Shown here piece by piece: positions 60,739-64,000 of a stretch of 64,000 bases of DNA. The DNA is taken from positions 186,001 to 250,000 of the forward strand of contig OY253682.1 of NCBI GenBank assembly GCA_958009085.1, given 5' to 3'. The stretch's first letter is position 1. Every line of letters starts with the position of its first letter. This DNA is from Protoeuglena noctilucae. Taxonomy: Eukaryota. A program made the translations under genes and the position numbers. The notes under the pieces were generated by a model. It saw only the letters and a list, made by a program, of their open reading frames with translations, ran no database searches and was not told the DNA's origin.

Positions 60739-63700
60739 TCACCCCATACGCCACCCTTGTCCCATCCCGTGCCCCATACCGTGCCCCGTCCCATGCTGGC
60801 CTCCCTGCCCCATTTCTTGCCCCACTCCCTGCCCCATTCCATGTCCTAACCCCGGCGTCACACCCCCAGGCTGTGGTGGGATGTCGGCCCCGCCACTGCC
60901 CATGGGCGATGACCGCACTGACGCAAACGACCCCTGCGGTGCACCAAGCAAATGTAAGCATGTATGATATCAGGAATCCAATATTGGCGCGACGCAGTAA
61001 GCGCCATCCTGCCAGAGATAGATGGCCGCCGGTGATGCTGTTCGAAGCACCGATCACGTCACACACCATTTGCTTAGAACTACTACTTATTGCCACTACC
61101 CTTGCCAACAGGCCCTCACCTGGTCCAACCCTTGCGCGCCCATTCGCATCGCCTGGCCTTGTGCAGCCATCGTTAACGGATGCGTCTGCATGGGCCCAAT
61201 GGGCGCCCATGTGCCTTGCGCCTGTTGCACCAGGGCCATCGCTTGCTGGTGCTGCAGCAGTGCCTGTCGCGCCATCTGCGTCGCTGCGACCAGTTGCTGT
61301 TGTTGTTGGAGGAGCTGCTGAGACAGCAACTGTTGCTGGGATGGGGACAGGAGCTGCGGCTGGTGAGGTAACATCTGTTGTTGCTGTTGGGGTAGCATCG
61401 ATTGCTGCTGGGGTAACAGCTGCTGTTGGGGTAGCATCGATTGTTGCTGAGGCAATATCTGTTGCTGGGATGGAAACGGCATCTGTTGCTGTAGGGGCAG
61501 CCCCTGCTGCTGTGCTTGCAAGGACAGCGAGAGGGGCGGCGGAGGCGGTATCGGGAGCGGCGAAGCAGGCGCCTGCTGTTCTTGCAGCTGTAAGAACAGT
61601 CGACGCGCCAGTGCCTCCAAATCCACACCCCCTCTGGGCACCACCCCCGCCCCCGCCCCCGCTCCCGCCCCGGTCGTCGCTGCGCCCATCGCCGCAGCCG
61701 CTGACGTGAGAGCCCCACTCCCTGCGGTCCCACGCATCGCGACACCGCTCGCCGCAGCCGCAGGGCCCTGATTGGCTGGCTGCGCTTGGGCGGATGGCAT
61801 CTCGTTTGCCCTCACCCTCGCTGACAGCGCATCGTCTAAGGTTCGAATCTCAGGGACCCTGCAGGCGAGGATAAGCAGTACTTTAACATCAGCGGCAGCA
61901 GCATCAGTGGCTGACCCTAACAGGCGTCTCTCAGTCAGGACACGCCCCCCACGTCAAGACATCCCAACACGCAGCCCAACCACACTTCCTCATCCGCCCA
62001 TCACCCATCACCCCATCCACAGCCACTCACGTGCTCATCCCCGCCTCCCCACCCACCCCCGCCTGCTCCCCGCCCGCCACTGCTGCCCCCGCCCCGCCAG
62101 CCGCCCCGCCCGCAACTGCAGCCCCACCGCCCCCCGCCACCAACCCGTAGCTCGCCCGCAGCCCCGCCAGCAGCGTCCCCAGCCTCCTTGCCGACGACTC
62201 GGTCACCAGGCGCGGGTGCCTGCGAATCCACGCGTCGATTTCCGACAGCGACGGGCGGGTGTTGGAGCAGTGCAGCACGCGAGCGTGGACCGGGTGGGTG
62301 GAGTCCGGACCGATGCACTCAATGTCGAAATCGGAAGCCTTGGAACGGGCATCGCTGGATGGTCGGCGCGAGGGGTGCGTTTCGATCCGCGTCAGCTGCA
62401 GGAAATCGTAAGCGCCCCCGGAGCGGTGCTTGGCGCGGACTGCGGGGGGTGAGAGGGAGGGGTCGCAGCTGAGGGCATCAGGGAAGCAGGTTGGGGAGGC
62501 ACGGGCGCAATGCTGAGAGAAGCAGATGTGACAACATGGGCTCGGCACCGATGGAAATCTGTAATAGCATATCTGTGACAGCATATCGATGTGCGGGTGC
62601 AGAGACCGACCGTGAGCGGCGTCCTCTTTCCTCACCGAACAGGTCCCGCATCATGCGCGCGACGTGGCGCAGCTCGCTTGATCCCTCGGCTGCGGCGTTC
62701 TCGAGCATCGTCGTCATTTCCTGCCGCGAGACCCACAGGAGGTCGATGGCGGCAGCCAGGGGAGGGTAGTGCTGGGGCGGGCGGTACCGAGGATTGGCCG
62801 CGTCTGCGGATGCATTGAATGTTGCGAATTGTCATGTGCATTCGACAGAGCTCCCGCGTAACTGCGAAAACGCTGCAAACAACTGCTAGCGCCACTGGTC
62901 GTCCGATCGTGACACTCGCCTGCAGGAGCCTCTGTCGAGCGTTCCGGAAGCGGCAGCGATGACGGCAGAGCGCGAGAAAGCTGCAGGTAGAAGCAAGGCA
63001 AAGAGCGCTTGATCATTGCACACAAATTGCGGCTTTCCTGCGAGCGCACAAAGCACGCCTGCTGTCCACATCTGTAAAACAGACGCAGTGGCAACACAGA
63101 GAGCGCCCTACCTTACCCAAATCCCCGGCGGTCGGCGTCGGGGGCTGGTTTAACGCTGCCGTCCTGTGCAGCCCCGCCCCTGCCGTTGCCACCCCCAACA
63201 CCGCGCTTGGCACTGGCTGCGCGTAGCCAGGAGCCCCAGCTACCAACCCCGATGCCTGTAAGGCCTGCATCATCGGCCAGCTCTGCAAGCTCTGCAGCGG
63301 CGCCGTGAGGCCCTGGCAGGGCGCAGGGCCAGGCATGACACCTGGCCCTGATGAAAGCCCCAGCATGCCGACCGAGGTCGCTGCGCCCATGCCTGCCGCG
63401 CCTAATGCACTCATGCCAGCCGCGCCTGGTGCACCCATGCCGGCCGCGCTCGGCGTCGCCAGCCCGCCCCCTGCGACCCCCCCGCTAACTGCCACTGCAT
63501 GCGTGCCAGCCCTGCCGCCCCGTGAGGCCGGTCGCCCGTTGCCCCGCCCCCTTCCCCGCCCCTTGGCTTGGTCCCTTCGACGAAAAAGTCTTTTCGCCCT
63601 CTCCCTCTCCTCCTCCCTCTGCTGCTCCCCCAGCCAATCCTCCTCATCCTCTCGATCGTTGTCATACAAACGCTCGATCCTCTCTCGCTCCGCCCCCTCG

Positions 63701-64000
63701 ACGTGCCCATGCTCGGCACGCTCGTCCCGATGGCTGCGCAAAAGGTGCGGTGATGTGTGGGGCTGCTGTCGGGGTAAGCATATAGGTGACCCAAACCGAC
63801 AACTGCGCTGCGCGATGCATGACACGCCCACCACAGTGATGACATAGTCACCGTCATTGCCATGCTGTGGCCATCAACCCAGCCCTCCCACACACCTGTC
63901 CGTCCGATTCCCTCCTCCCTCGCCCGCACCCAGCTTGGCCTCTCCCGCGCCACCCCCCGCTCTCTCGCCGGCCCCGCCCGCAGGCCATCGCCCGTCCCGA
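60739..64000 (-). CDS. Partial gene for a Gln-rich protein with a Plus3-like domain
   Basis: LLWVSRQEMTTML..VRAKHRSGGAYDFLQL..HCSNTRPSLSEIDAW resembles the Plus3 pattern. Q-rich repeats lie at 61250-61520 and a GHGMG-repeat last exon ends at 60739. The 5' end is outside the window. Confidence 0.55.

Noticed and set aside
1..64000. Transposons, Introner-like families, viral inserts, tRNA or rRNA
   Set aside because: I saw no transposase, RT or capsid motifs, no sequence family shared between different introns, and no recognisable RNA gene; echoes match only their local exons.

Overview
This is a gene-dense, GC-rich eukaryotic nuclear window with many spliceosomal introns. It most likely comes from a flagellated green alga: it carries IFT27, KELP-like and TITAN9/Csm1-like genes, a half-size ABCA transporter and a true selenoprotein T. 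About 22 protein-coding genes can be pieced together by hand from exons. Recognisable ones are KELP-like, CD2BP2/LIN1, POLD1, SELENOT, Csm1/TITAN9-like, RPN8, CWF18, SmF, NDUFA13, ABCA, IFT27, a guanylate kinase-adenylate/UMP-CMP kinase fusion, TOP3A, SAR1, a SET/LSMT-like protein, a TLC protein, VMA12/TMEM199 and a Plus3-like protein; several others are hypothetical. I saw no rRNA, tRNA, CRISPR array or transposase. The main signals are: (1) POLD1 introns hold diverged echo copies of their own exon-intron junctions, one differing only at synonymous sites; (2) about 15 GC-AG introns; (3) an in-frame UGA (CxxU) with a well-formed type-2 SECIS; (4) CpG-poor introns with G/T-rich 5' halves and C/A-rich 3' halves; (5) unusual domain architectures. 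Gene spans include introns. Exon joins were inferred by eye and family calls come from motif recognition, not database searches.
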